This document shows, one piece after another, positions 1 through 12,609 of a DNA stretch of 64,000 nucleotides (position 1 is its first letter; each line of letters begins with the position of its first letter). Below the pieces are notes generated by a model, which was not told where the DNA came from, made no database searches, and was given only the letters and a program-made list of their open reading frames with translations. Position numbers and translations under genes: made by a program. The stretch is taken from positions 1 to 64,000 of the forward strand of contig JAHLTZ010000006.1 of assembly GCA_025786725.1 (NCBI GenBank). Direction: 5' to 3'. This DNA is from Syncephalis fuscata S228. Its lineage: Eukaryota > Fungi > Zoopagomycota.

Positions 1-516
1 GTATAAGGTAAATATAATAATGCTTATTAAAGTAAAAAGTAAATAAATAAGTAAAATACCTTTTTGTAGTTTCTTTATTGTCCCCCTGGTGGTAATGGCC
101 GTAGAAGACAGCTGCTGTTGCTGTGTTGCCACTAAATTGACCACCTCCTATAGTTTGTATAAATAAATAAGGTTTAACGGTGGTCGTTACGTATAAACGG
201 TAGCCTACCTCGGTTGATTTCGACATGGTACACGTATTTAAGGAATGAAGAAAGAAAACGTTACAAATGGTCTCCGCGTTACTAAAAAAGCAGGCCTTTT
301 ATTTTTGATAGTAATAACGTGAACATTTTTACTTATAATGTAATCAAATAAACAAACGACATTGACAATCGGTGTCAATATCCGTCAACATTACTATGTT
401 ATTTTGTTGTCAACTACATGGCTATTCAATGCTATTATACAACACTAATAACAATAAAAGCGAAAATAGCAGCTTTATAATTATAGACATATTGGCAAAT
501 CTGTATTATAAATGGA

Positions 517-1348
517 CTATGTCTTTACTTTGTCCATAAGTGCTTTACAAGCTATCGGCTTTTGGTTTTTAGAATAATCTTCTACGCTGGGAGCCTCAAG
601 CCATGGATCAAGTAATTTGTCAATAATGTAAACGATGCCATTACTAACATTAATGGAATAAGACGCAACAATAGCGCAGTTAACCATCATGCGCCGAGGT
701 TCCATATGGATAATAAGTGATTTGGGAGTATTGTCGCGGAAAAGAGCGCTTGTTGCTAGAAAAGACTGGGTATGTTTTGGCCAACTACCAAAATCGTAAC
801 TGTCTTTACTGGCTACGTGATAGGCCAACATATGTTCTAAATTGTTTAAGCCATCTGGATTTTTTACCGCTTCTTGCCATTTGTCGGCCAGTTTAAATCT
901 ACTATTATTAGTAGCGAATATCTAAATAGCATATTATTAGTATTGATCTAATCACAACTATTGTTTACTTTTATTCATCTAGGCTTGTCATCCAACTATA
1001 AAAATACAAATAAACAAACAAACAACTTACTGTGTATCGTTTTGACCGATCGCTTAAATAGCTTTTAAACTTTTCCGATGCATTGACAAGGCTTGCAAAA
1101 GAGGATAGACCTTTAACGTTGTTCAATACATCCATAATAGTAAGGTTGTTGTAGGCCTTGTTTTCCACTAATTCAAAGCCAGGACGTGTATCAAGTGAGG
1201 GATATTTCCCTGGAAGTTTGGCAGGTATGGCACCTTGTGTAATAGAAGGTAGCGTAGATTCTGGTCCAGTATCAGCTTGTGGCCGAGCAACTACTAGACC
1301 ATACAGACCAATGGTTAGAAATTGACATAGTATTGTCAAATATAACAT
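517..1348 (-). CDS. Secreted fasciclin (FAS1) domain protein, 2 exons
   Basis: Hydrophobic N-terminus MLYLTILCQFLTIGLYGLVVA. Splicing a GTAAGT...AG intron (~1030-922) joins YT|IFATNN, followed by MLAYHV and NGIVYIIDKLL, which match the FAS1 H1/YH/H2 motifs. Confidence 0.75.
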
Positions 1349-2107
1349 CGATTTAAATGACAGATAATACAACATTGAGTGGTTTGATATGTGCAAGAAT
1401 ACAACGTGGTGCTGATAGTGTTAGGTTATCTTAATATGACAACAATACTAAGAGGAAGAAATGCTAGAATGCTTTGCAACGGTAATGAGAATAGTTGTCT
1501 TTAGGTGTAGACAACACTGTATCAATGGAGGCCTTGCTATGCTTATATTGAGTGACAGAAAATAAAAGAACAAAGAGCAATGCAATGGACTATTGCAGCT
1601 TATAACCTTCAGTTAGAAATGTTACACCATCGATGATAATGCAGAATGTCACTATTAATAGCATGAATCTCAGTGACATGTACTGTTGAAGTAAACGCTA
1701 TTGAGCGGGTGCTTTAAATAACTAGAGTGCAACATTAGCAATTGCTATTTGTTTAATTGCTTATCATCATTCTTGCTACTTTCAAAAGATATGTCAGATC
1801 TAGTTACAGTTCTATTGCTTTCCGGGTTAATATTGTTAATATGGCTAATGTCGGTGTATTTTCAATGGTTTGGAAATAAAGAAATATTGTATAAGCGAAC
1901 ACTTGGTATTCAGGTGAACTCAAGGGATATAGATTTATATTTAAATATAGCATCTAAAACGCCAGCACAAGAGAGATGTGAAGCAATGATACGATGGCTA
2001 CAAGGCGAATTTGCTCCACCATTATCGACAGGGCATCACTTGAAATATCGTTATGGTACACAGCATAAATAGCTGCTATAAAAGAATATTTTATTATTAG
2101 CAACAAA

Positions 2108-5100
2108 TCATTCTTGGTAATCGGTTAACTAAATAAAGTATTTGTATTCATAATAATTATTAGTATCAAGTAATTAGCAAATGCTATTATATTTACCTTT
2201 AGAGTAAGTACGCGACTACTGCTTGATGTCTGATCTCGGTAGACGCCTACGAGTGATTGTGCGCACTCATACAGCGAATTTTTCAAAGAAATGACAATAA
2301 ATTGTGCCTGTTGTGTTAAACACTGTTGACTAATGTACGAAGCAATACGAGATACATTGGCATTGTCCAAAGCTGCATCGACTTCGTCCATAACGAAGAA
2401 TGGAGCTGGCCGATAGCTAAAATATACAAACAGTGGATTAGTTGATAATCACTGCTACTCACTACCTATCCCATCTTACCTATGAATGGCTAATAGTAGA
2501 GCAAATGCCGCCACTGTCTTCTCACCGCCCGATAGCTGTTCCATATCACGGAAACGTTTCATAGGTGGCATGGCATGGTATCGAATGCCTTCGAGATATG
2601 GTTCCTAGACTTTGCTATTAAATTATGCTGAAGACGTAATTAAGTTTAATACCTCTGTATTTTCAACACTCAAGTATGCGGTACCGCCCAATGGAAACGC
2701 TTTACTTTTCGTCAAATCCTTGTATACTTGATCGATCTTTGCTTCAATATGGCCGAACGCTTCCATAAATCGACGATGGCTAGCATGAATGCCATTAGTA
2801 TATTGTCATCATTACTGTCATTAATACATACCGTTCCTGTTTTACTTGCTTAAATCGTGTCTGTGCCTCGTCTGCGCTACGACGTGCTTGTTCAAAGTCT
2901 TGTTCAACAGCTCTATAACGACTCTCGGCATTATCCAAACTAATGGTTTTGTTTTTTAGTATCGTATTATTGTTAAACTTTGTAGTGTACGCTTACCGAT
3001 CAAGTGCTCGCAAATTAGGAGCAATGAGTTCTATCTCGGCCGTCAATTCTGATAAACGCGTGTCATATCGCTGTCCATAATCATCGTTGGCATCTTCACG
3101 GGCGCGGTGATCCAATGATCCGAAATCCAGTTCAATCGACCATTCATGTGAACGCATTAATGCCAGGGACGATGTTTGGCTTATCTCGCCCATGACAGTA
3201 TCGTCTACATCCATGGCTTCCATGCCAAAGTTTTCTGCTGCCTATAGAACAAAATAGCCAGTGTTAAATAAGAACCAGGTACTATTGCTTCTATAGCTAC
3301 TTCATTGTTCTCCATAGGAACATCTTCAATTGAGCCGCGTATAAATGGCAGTTTTACACCGTCTAATCGGCAACGACGCAGTATAAGTAGACGATCTGAA
3401 CCAAGCTTTTCCAAATCTGACTCCTAATATATAAATAAATAAATTAATAAATTAAGCGTTATATTACTATTGCTATCCCAACTACAAAAGTCTTACCTTC
3501 TCCATGGCTGTCTTAGCCGTTTCATCTACTCGTTCCGACCATTGTTCAACTTGTTTTCGATGTTGTCCCACTATTTCATTCTGGGCAACAAGCTGTTCAC
3601 GCAATTGTTTAATTTCTTGCTCAATGCTTTGTAATCCCTTTTCTCCATCTTGTTCACCGCGTATCAATATATTGATGTCATTCTGATGTATTTCAAGCTG
3701 ACGCATTTCATTTTCAAGTGATTTCTGAGCTTGTTGAGCTCGTGAATTTAACTCGTCCAATTGTTGATTTTCAAATGCCAATCTATTGCTGTTAGCCAAA
3801 TGTCACAAACTATTCATAAGACTTACTGAGTATTCAATTTTGTTTGTTGGACCGTAAATTGAAGACGCTTCTCATTATTCTGCTGTGTTATTAATAGTTG
3901 GCCTTGTTCATAATCACGAATATTTGCTAAACCAACTGCTTGACAGAATGATTCAAATAGCTCATCTTCAACGACATAAATCTCCTGTTCCTTTCCACCG
4001 ATATTGCTATCAAGTGTTGCCATGCTGGATTGCATCTATAAAATAGTTAATAACAACTATTACAATATTTCTTTAGTTACCTGTGTAATACGTGGTTTAA
4101 GCTGCTCCAATTCTCTTCGTGCATTTCCGACTTGTTGCTGAATAGCTGCCAATTTACGCATAACTGCACTCTAATGATATTATTAATAATTAAATTATAT
4201 GTATATAATATGATATATTACATACCAGTTCTTCCTTTGCATATGCCAAACGTGTTTCTAAACCAGTGATTGTGGTTTGTAACTGGGTATCAGTAGTGAA
4301 TTGTCGTTTATCCTGAGCTAGTGCTTTCAATTGGACAACTAGCGAATCACGTGTCTTTTTCATTGCTATTACAATTATTATACAGTAGTTATAGCCATTA
4401 ATATTAATTCTACTGTTCAAATGGCCTCATTCACCTTCAACTTCACGTTCTTCCCAACGACGAGCAGCGGATGCTACGCCGGCTTTACCACCCGTTATAA
4501 GACCGCTTTTATGAATAATTGTACCTTCCAAAGTAACCGCTATTAAATAATTAGCCCAATTAGTATATAAATAGGCTGGCAGATATAATAAAATGGTACC
4601 TTTTACTGGAAGCTTATCTTCATAGCAAATACGTCGAGCAATGGCAATTGTGTCACAGACAATATTACTACTGCAAACATATTGCATAGCACGCTCTAGC
4701 ACGGCATCATATGTACTCTAGGTTAAGGAAATAGTTGTCAATAGTGTAGTATTATTTTATAGTGTTATCAAAAGGATATTGTATTGTATCAATCAGCAGA
4801 CGAACACCAGAACCAAGAGAACGTAAACGCTCGTTTATAGTTGGTGTATGTAACGTATCTAGTGGTAGAAAGGTAGCTTGGCCAATGCGTTGTTCTCGCA
4901 TATACTGATATCAAAATAATGGTATATTAGTAAACCGACTAACGTGTATCAATTACATACTTGTATACATTCAATGGCCGTCGACTGTTTATCAACTATA
5001 ATAGCTTCCATATTCTTGCCAAGTGCCACTGATACTGCAGCATCATATTTACGCTGATTTGGTTTACATAGATCAAGTACACGACCATAAACACCTAATA

Positions 5101-7339
5101 TAATATAGTATAGTATAGTAGTTGGTTATTTCAATTATTATGTAACAACTTGATAGAATTACCTGGATAAATACGTTTCATATCGCGGACACAATTAGTA
5201 AAACGCTTCTCTCGGTCTGATGCCCGTTTAGCCATCGATGCTTGCATTAATCGTTGGAGTAAAACATTGAGCTTTTCGTTTACTTCTATTTCCTTGTGTC
5301 TATAGATATTATAAGCATTTTTATAGTAATTAAAATAATCATCACACTTACGCAATGCGTTCTTTTTCCTCATTGGCAGTGATTAATTCTAATTTTGCTG
5401 TTTCATAATTTTGTGATAATTGCACAATTTGTTCATTAATCTATAGTTTAAATAAATAAATAATATTAATTGCATAATATGATATCAATTGCATACCGAA
5501 TTACGCTGATCCACCAATAGTGTTTCTTCATCGCTTAGTTTTGTAAATGACTGTTGCGTATTTTTAAACTTTTCCTCTAAACGACTAACGGCTTCTTTGT
5601 CTGCCATACGTTGTCGTTTAAGTGTAGTAATTTGTTCCTGTTCACGTGCAGTCTTTAATTCACAGGTATCCTTGCTATTGATGCAATATCATTATTGTAT
5701 TAGTAGTTATGAAATTAACAACGATTGACCTACATTTCTCGGTAAGCTTGCAATTGTTGTTCATCTAATACTAAGCCGGACTTTTGTGCTTGTAATTGTA
5801 CGGTAGCTAGCATTGTTTTTACAGTTATTAATATGAATAGATTTGTATCTATTATTACCTTCAAATGTTTTGGCTGCTTCATTGACATTCTGAAGATCTG
5901 AATTCAGCGTTTTAACAACTCGTTGCTAAATGTAAGCTATATAAATAACAGAGCAAATGTATATAATCTCTTTATACCTGAGACTCGCGTTGATGAGTCA
6001 ATTTCGTAAAAGTATTTTGTAATTGTTGGATTTTTTGCTGCAAATGTCGAACCATTTCTTCAAGCTTTAATAGCGCTGGTTTCTAAATCAATTGGTAAAT
6101 ACCTGACCTTATTCCATTTATTATTAACACTTACACTCTCTTCACTGCCTTTCTTTAAACGGCGAATACGCTGTTCTTCTTGTAACATTTGTTTCTGGAT
6201 CTGTGCCTTGGCTCGACGTGCAGCTGCATATTCTGTATCGAATCCATTCTATTCACCAATGAGTTAGTATGTCAACTATCAATACACACACATATATATA
6301 TACATACCTTTTCTTGCTGTTGTTCTGCCAATGCATTATTAAGTCTGTCCAGCTCTCTTTCCAACTTAACAAATTGCTTTTCAATATGATATAGTCGCCA
6401 TAAGGATCGTATAATATTGACTTGTTCCTAAAGTGATATAATAGCCGTTATTCAATGCCTATTACTCTTTGACGTTCCTTTTACCTGCTGTTCTTTTAAC
6501 TGTTCATATCGTCGTGACTCTGCATGTGTTCACGAAACTGTTTCATTTCAGCAGCTATTTCCCGTTTTTTATTGAAATTGTCTGTGGAATTCTCAGTAGC
6601 TCGGGTTTGTTGCACTTTTAATCTTTCATACTCAGCGGCCAATTCATGGGATCTATGATAATGGTAAATAATCAATCATTATTGTTGTTACTAAATATTA
6701 CCCGCTTATTTCTTCAATTAATTGTGTCAAATCCTTGGGTGATTGTGAGGCAATCGATTCTACATCACCCTAATAGTTTATAGTTAGTAATTAATTAATT
6801 GGATCTGCAACTAATAGATTTACATACCTGGAATACCAAAAAGTTACGTGCTTTGACCAGAACATTTTGTTCTTCCAAATACTTTGCATACTCGGTATAA
6901 GTCACTGTGCGGCCATCTTTTTTATATTCACTAACACCAGTATGGGTAATACTGTATTCATAATAGAGTTGATAAGTAATACATAAGCTTATGATGTAAA
7001 TACTTGCCTGCGGGTTAAGCGTACTTCGTTAGCATCGTTATCAACGTAGACGGCAGTGACAGCTGCTCGTTTGCTTGTTTCAGTCGTTTTTGATGTTGCT
7101 GGACCTTTTCCACGTCGTGACGGGTCGTTTCCTGATCCACGATAGATAAGCTCGCTTAGCTGTGTTGAGCGTAACTGCGCTGACTTGACACCCAGCACAA
7201 AGCTAATGGCGTCCATTAAATTAGATTTACCCGCGCCATTGGGACCGATAATCGAGGTGAAGGAATCAAATGGGCCAATGATTTGCTGGCCGCAATAAGA
7301 TTTAAAGTTCTCGACTTCAAGGCAAAGTAAACGGCCCAT
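2108..7339 (-). CDS. SMC1: Cohesin subunit SMC1, multi-exon
   Basis: N-terminal ENFKSY and Walker [20 protein letters not shown]; hinge region [17 protein letters not shown]; C-terminal LSGGEKT and DEVDAALD...FIVISLK. Apparent 1-nt deletion near 6527. Confidence 0.95.
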
Positions 7340-7534
7340 TATGAAAGAAAAGTAAACGAGAATGAAAGGAAATCAACACTGGTCGTATTACGCGAAATAG
7401 AAATAGAGCGATTAATTTGAGGGAAATGGCACAATAAAAACGCGTTCATAATGAAATCTAATTTTTGAAGACTGAGTTATTTTTTTTTGCTTTTTACTAC
7501 TATTGATCTATTCTTAATTATTACTAATTAAGAC

Positions 7535-8760
7535 ATGACCACAATGTTCGGATTGAGCGCTGCTCATATGTCAAAACAGTATCTTAGTTTATTGAGGACT
7601 GTAAAGAATAATAGTAGACCACTAGTAGCCAATGTGAGTGTTGCTTGGTATTCACAAAAAAGATCATTTCCACCGGTAGCGGACGTGCCAGAGGAAGATT
7701 CAAGTATACACAGCCCGTAAAAAGGAGATTGAGCGCTGTGGAAAAACAGCGTCTTCAGGGATTGTCTGGTTGGAAGCTAAGATTAGAAGAGGAGAAGATG
7801 CGATCGTTTGGTCCTTGGCGTCCAGAGAAAAGAGTGGCTCGATCAACAATGGAACAAATGCGTATGTTGCATAAAGAGGTAGATACAAAAGTTATAACAT
7901 TATAAATAATGTAGTAAATAAGTTAAATACTAATAGTATATTTATTAATAGTTTCCTGATAAATACGATGTTAAAGCTCTTTCAGCACAATATAATATTT
8001 CATTTGAGGCTGTACGTCGTATTTTACATTCAAGTTTTGAACCAACACCCGAGATTGCAGAAAGACAGGAGAAAAGACGGCAGGAACAGCGAGATACATA
8101 TGTTACTGATTTAATGAATAAGCGCCGTGAAGGAGAGCGCGAGAAACGATATCAAACATCATCAGACTCGCAAAGTACAGATAGATACTCGAGAGACAAT
8201 GATAGATATTCGAGAGGCAATGATAAATACTCAAGAGATAATGATAAATATCGAGAGACAATGATAGATATTGAGAGATAATGAAAATACTCAAGAGATA
8301 ATGATAGATACTCGAGAGACAATGATAGATACTCGAGAGATAATGATAGATATTCGAGAGATAATAATGGCAACAATCGGTATGATTCGAGGTAAGTTAG
8401 AACAAATATATTAAATGTAAGTAATGGTTTATATATTAATGGTTTATCTGTGGTTGTAATAATAGATCAACACCACGGCGTCAAGGCAAACTTTCAGAGC
8501 TTGATATGATAATGGAAAAAGAGTCGATTAAAATACATCCAGCATTTACCAACCGATTTTTGGAAATTCCATTGTACAAATCAGTTCAACGTGATCTATT
8601 AAATGCTGGTGAACAGAAGTGGCAACAAAAGGTCCGTACAAGCCGTGCTAAACGGTTTGCCGAAACACTGGGTATTACCAAAGATCATATCAATGACGTA
8701 CGTTTACTGTATAAAACGAATCAAGAACAACTGAAGCAATCCAACACTAAGAAAATATAA
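7535..8760 (+). CDS. RRG9: Mitochondrial Rrg9/neugrin-family protein with an internal heptapeptide repeat
   Basis: WRPEKRVARSTMEQMRMLHKE|FPDKY...LSAQYNISFEAVRRILHSSFEP matches the neugrin motif; N-terminus resembles a presequence. Apparent 1-nt indels near 7668 and within the repeat. Confidence 0.7.
8179..8365 (+). repeat. 21-nt coding tandem repeat (~9 copies), GATAGATA(C/T)TCGAGAGA(C/T)AAT = DRYSRDN
   Basis: Directly visible periodicity; explains the spurious LSLSLEY ORFs on the minus strand. Confidence 0.85.
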
Positions 8761-9102
8761 AATGAAAATGGTTGTACATGGGATGATGTTTAAATACGCT
8801 GAAATAATAATAAACTAAAATATTTGGTATTTAACTATTTAATGTTTTTTATTTTATTGCATGTGTTTATTCAATATTTATAATAAAATGTACAATTGAA
8901 TAGTACTGTATATTTTTATTATCTTCTATATTATGTGCTTGCAAAATTGATATAATATTGTTGTGATCTAACTTTGTGCTGTAGTAGTAGAGCATTAGCC
9001 AATCTATCTAGTTGTTACTATTTGAGCAACTATGTAAGTAGCTCTAAATTTCATATTTCCTTAATACATGATCAATTTTATTTCACACACGTGTATTATT
9101 TA

Positions 9103-9911
9103 TTATAATGTATAGTTCTGCGTATAATAAAGCAAATTACTTTATATTTTGCGCAAATATGCATATGACATATAGATAGCTATTGACAAAGTATACCGTA
9201 GTTGTATTGCATGATGATGTAATAACTGTGATAATACGCTAATAAATGTGTAAAAATTACAGGTTTTAGTCATTCATAACTTACATAAATAAAATACAGC
9301 AAAGTGATTCTTGGATTCGAGTTTTCCATGCTTAGTTATACAGATTGATATAAGAAATTGAACAAAAGTTTTTGCAACAAAAGCTGGTTAAAAATGCAAT
9401 TGACGTAAATGTTTGTTAACTAAAATTACGTCATAAGTCTACATATAGTATAACTCATTGCTGTGCATCGCTATTTCAACATAATTACTTGCTATCATGC
9501 TTGTTTTAGCACTATAGAGCGTCTTGGATTTAGTTTAGATTGAATCTTATCTTTATTATTAAATTTCTAAACTCGTGGAATTTACATACTTTCTTGTTAA
9601 CTAATAACACCTAAGTTGCATTTTTAACCAACTTTTTTGCAAAAATTGTTACTCTATAAATCATACTATTTCTTGCAACTAAGCATGGATAACTTGAATT
9701 CACCAATTATTTTAATATATTTTAAGTATATAGGTCATAAACAGCATAAAACAGCTATTTTTGCGCATTTATTAACATATTCGCGCAATTATTACATCAT
9801 CACACAATGCAACTACAGTATACTTTGCCAATAGCTATCTATATGTCATATGCATATTTGTGCAAAATATCCGACAATTTTCTTTATTATATGCAAAGTT
9901 ATACATAATAT
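9103..9911. mobile_element. Foldback/MITE-like element with ~300-bp imperfect inverted arms (~9103-9400 vs ~9615-9911)
   Basis: For example GCAAATATGCATATGACATATAGATAGCTATTGACAAAGTATAC in the left arm is nearly the reverse complement of GTATACTTTGCCAATAGCTATCTATATGTCATATGCATATTTG in the right arm. GGTTAAAAATGCAA / TTGCATTTTTAACC also pair. No coding capacity. Confidence 0.65.
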
Positions 9912-9964
9912 TATTAGCACTTTACTAAGTAGATTAAAAATACGTAAATTGCATTTTGGCTAAC

Positions 9965-10222
9965 TTTATTTGCAAATCAGCGCTACGATAAAACAATCAC
10001 CAGGTTTACTGGTTCATTATTGACTGAAGATGCCATCGCATGGCTAGAACAATACGATGAGTGTGCTGAAAGGAATGGTTGGTCATCATCAACCTTGCTT
10101 CGTGCAACAACCATTTTTTAGCACACTCGTCGTAATATTCTTGTCACGCGATGGCATCTTCAGTCAATAATGAACCAGTAAACCTGGTGATTGTTTTATC
10201 GTAGCGCTGATTTGCAAATAAA
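9965..10222. repeat. Perfect 75-bp inverted repeat (9965-10039 / 10148-10222) built from a retrotransposon Gag-like fragment
   Basis: Arms are exact reverse complements. The + strand translates RFTGSLLTEDAIAWLEQYDECAERNGW, resembling the Ty3/gypsy Gag F-G-x-ED-x-WL-x-A-x-N-x-W motif. Confidence 0.75.
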
Positions 10223-11479
10223 AATGTTTGGCTAGGCTGAAAATTTACCTATGGGTGGTTTGTTCTATCAAATAGTTCCAAAATTCTACCCGGATTCTGT
10301 GTAGTAACTACCGGATAATCACCGCAGTCTGTGACAGGTCAGTGATTCTATTTATCGATTTAGGAACGAATCGGGAAGGGTTATTTGTGTCGACCAACTA
10401 TTGAATTAAATGAGCATTGGTGACTGGAACCGTCTTCGAAGTAATCGCTAGTCGTGCATGGCCTATAGCGCGGGCCTTGTCTTCAAGGCATAATGATAAA
10501 AAAGCACTTATTATTTCTTGTGATGAATAGCCCGACTATACATTGCTTCCAGACGCTAATCGCCAGTATGACGTATACTGGGCCACCTCTTGGGCAGGCC
10601 ATGTATTGGTCAAGTTGTTTATTTTGCAGTAACGTCAATGGTACTGACGGCACGACGATAGTAACAAATATAACTAAGTAGTAGTAATATATCAATATTG
10701 AAGTAATGGATATTGCTAATAAAGGAGTTGTAACGTAAATAAGGACGATAAGGAGTAATCAGTAGATAATGAACTAGTAGGATTGATCAGGAAGTAGTTT
10801 GTTCTTTCTGTGCTCGTTAATATAGATTTTATGGCAAAGCTGGAAAAATATCAGCGATTGTTTAGTCAGTAGAAAAATAGGAAATTTGAAATATTAAAAC
10901 AAAAATTTAATAAAATAAATAAACACAGTTAATTTTATTTATGCTTATTTAAGTAATTAAAATAAAATGCTATATTAATAAATATATATTTTAATAAATT
11001 CAAAAAAGTTTTAAATAATGTGCTTGTCTGCCAATTGTTTAATCATTCAAAAACTTTGCTAAATCAATTAAAACAATGCCAATTAAATGATTTTAACGAT
11101 TTAATATTAATAATAAATATATTTATTGAATATGCAATTATGACACTATTGTACAACACGATGTCCATTTACACCGTCTTCATTAATTCCTCATTTACTA
11201 TATAAAAGTTTATTGTTTCATTATTTGACATTCTCACGAACCCTGTCAAATTGCCTAATTTGGTATCGTAATTAATTACCATTTATAATTACCAACTATA
11301 AATAACTGATCAAATGCGCACTCTAAATAAACAATTAAGCTTTTAATTACATTCATTTGTTCATTCGTTTTTAAATAATATTATAATAACCAGTTTATTT
11401 AGTAATACGTGAACTTATTACTATTTAACTTGATAAACAAGCTGAATTCGGACCATTTAAAATATAGTAGAATCGATAC

Positions 11480-11719
11480 TTAGGCCATTCTATCAATAGT
11501 GCTACTTGGTCTTGATGCGCTGCGCTGTCCACGTGCACTAGTGCTAGTGCTATTTCTTGGTGTGATGTCGTCTAACCAGGTCTCGAAATTGGTATTGGTC
11601 CTCATCGAGTTTGTACCGACACGCGCTTCACGTCTACGTCGCCAAGCACATCCAACTAAGCCAGCAACAAGTCCTACATTGCCTATGATAGTTAACATAA
11701 TGATCAATAGCTTATCCAT
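11480..11719 (-). CDS. Small putative single-pass membrane protein
   Basis: ATG-initiated 79-aa ORF with a hydrophobic segment followed by WRRRR; GC content above the flanks. Confidence 0.35.
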   Translation of the reverse strand: MDKLLIIMLTIIGNVGLVAGLVGCAWRRRREARVGTNSMRTNTNFETWLDDITPRNSTSTSARGQRSASRPSSTIDRMA

Positions 11720-12609
11720 TTCCAAACAAAAATGAATTTAAGTAATGTAAACTTGGACAAGTCGAATAATATTTTAAGCAATTGCTTAATGGATTTTCAA
11801 TACAGTTAAATAAAGCTTTATTGCTTTATATTTATATTTAGCAATTATTGACTAAGCAATAGCGTCACAAAATGTTTAATAGACAGTTACTGACGTTGCA
11901 GTATCTACATGCCAAATTATGTATACAGCTGTTATGAAATGCCATGTGTGGCTGTAAATCCCTGTCATTACCAATCACATTATGATACCAAGCCATAGTT
12001 TATTTCTCGCTTTAATGATTTTTATTTAATAAAAGTGATACTTTGTAAATGTCTACAATTTCATTAATGTTTAATAAAAAAATTTATTTTCTTAATAAAA
12101 TATAGTGCCAATCACCAGTATTAAAAATGTCATGATGCTAATAATAGCCGACATAATAATAGCAATAACGATAATAATAGGTTTTATTGTAACTTGCCCT
12201 TTAAGGGAAATAAAATAGCCATCACAAAGGCATAATCATTCGCCCGCATTGGACTAGACGGACATTGATGCGCGTAATGTATGATCAGCCTTCAATGCAA
12301 CTTGACTGTTCACAAAATCCGTATCGTTGTGAACATACGTGAGGTTGCTGAGGCCAATGTGCAGCCACCCTTGGATTTCTTCTCAAGTTTCTTATTCCAC
12401 TACAACTTTACTATATAGCCTACTTCGTTTTTCTGTTATTGCTGTTACTATTGCTGCTGCTACTTCTGTCATTACTGTATAGTCAATACTAGACTTGTTT
12501 TTTACTTGCACTTTGTTTTTCTATTTCTATCGATAGACTAAGTTAGCGTTTTTTCACCTCAAATATATCGACAACTAGGTCGATTTGGCTGTTTATACTG
12601 CGGATAGTT

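Noticed and set aside
1749-2072. 107-aa plus-strand ORF
   Set aside because: Non-ATG start and no recognisable motif; cannot be supported as a gene.
8103-8376. Minus-strand ORFs with LSLSLEY repeats
   Set aside because: Antisense shadows of the 21-nt repeat in RRG9.
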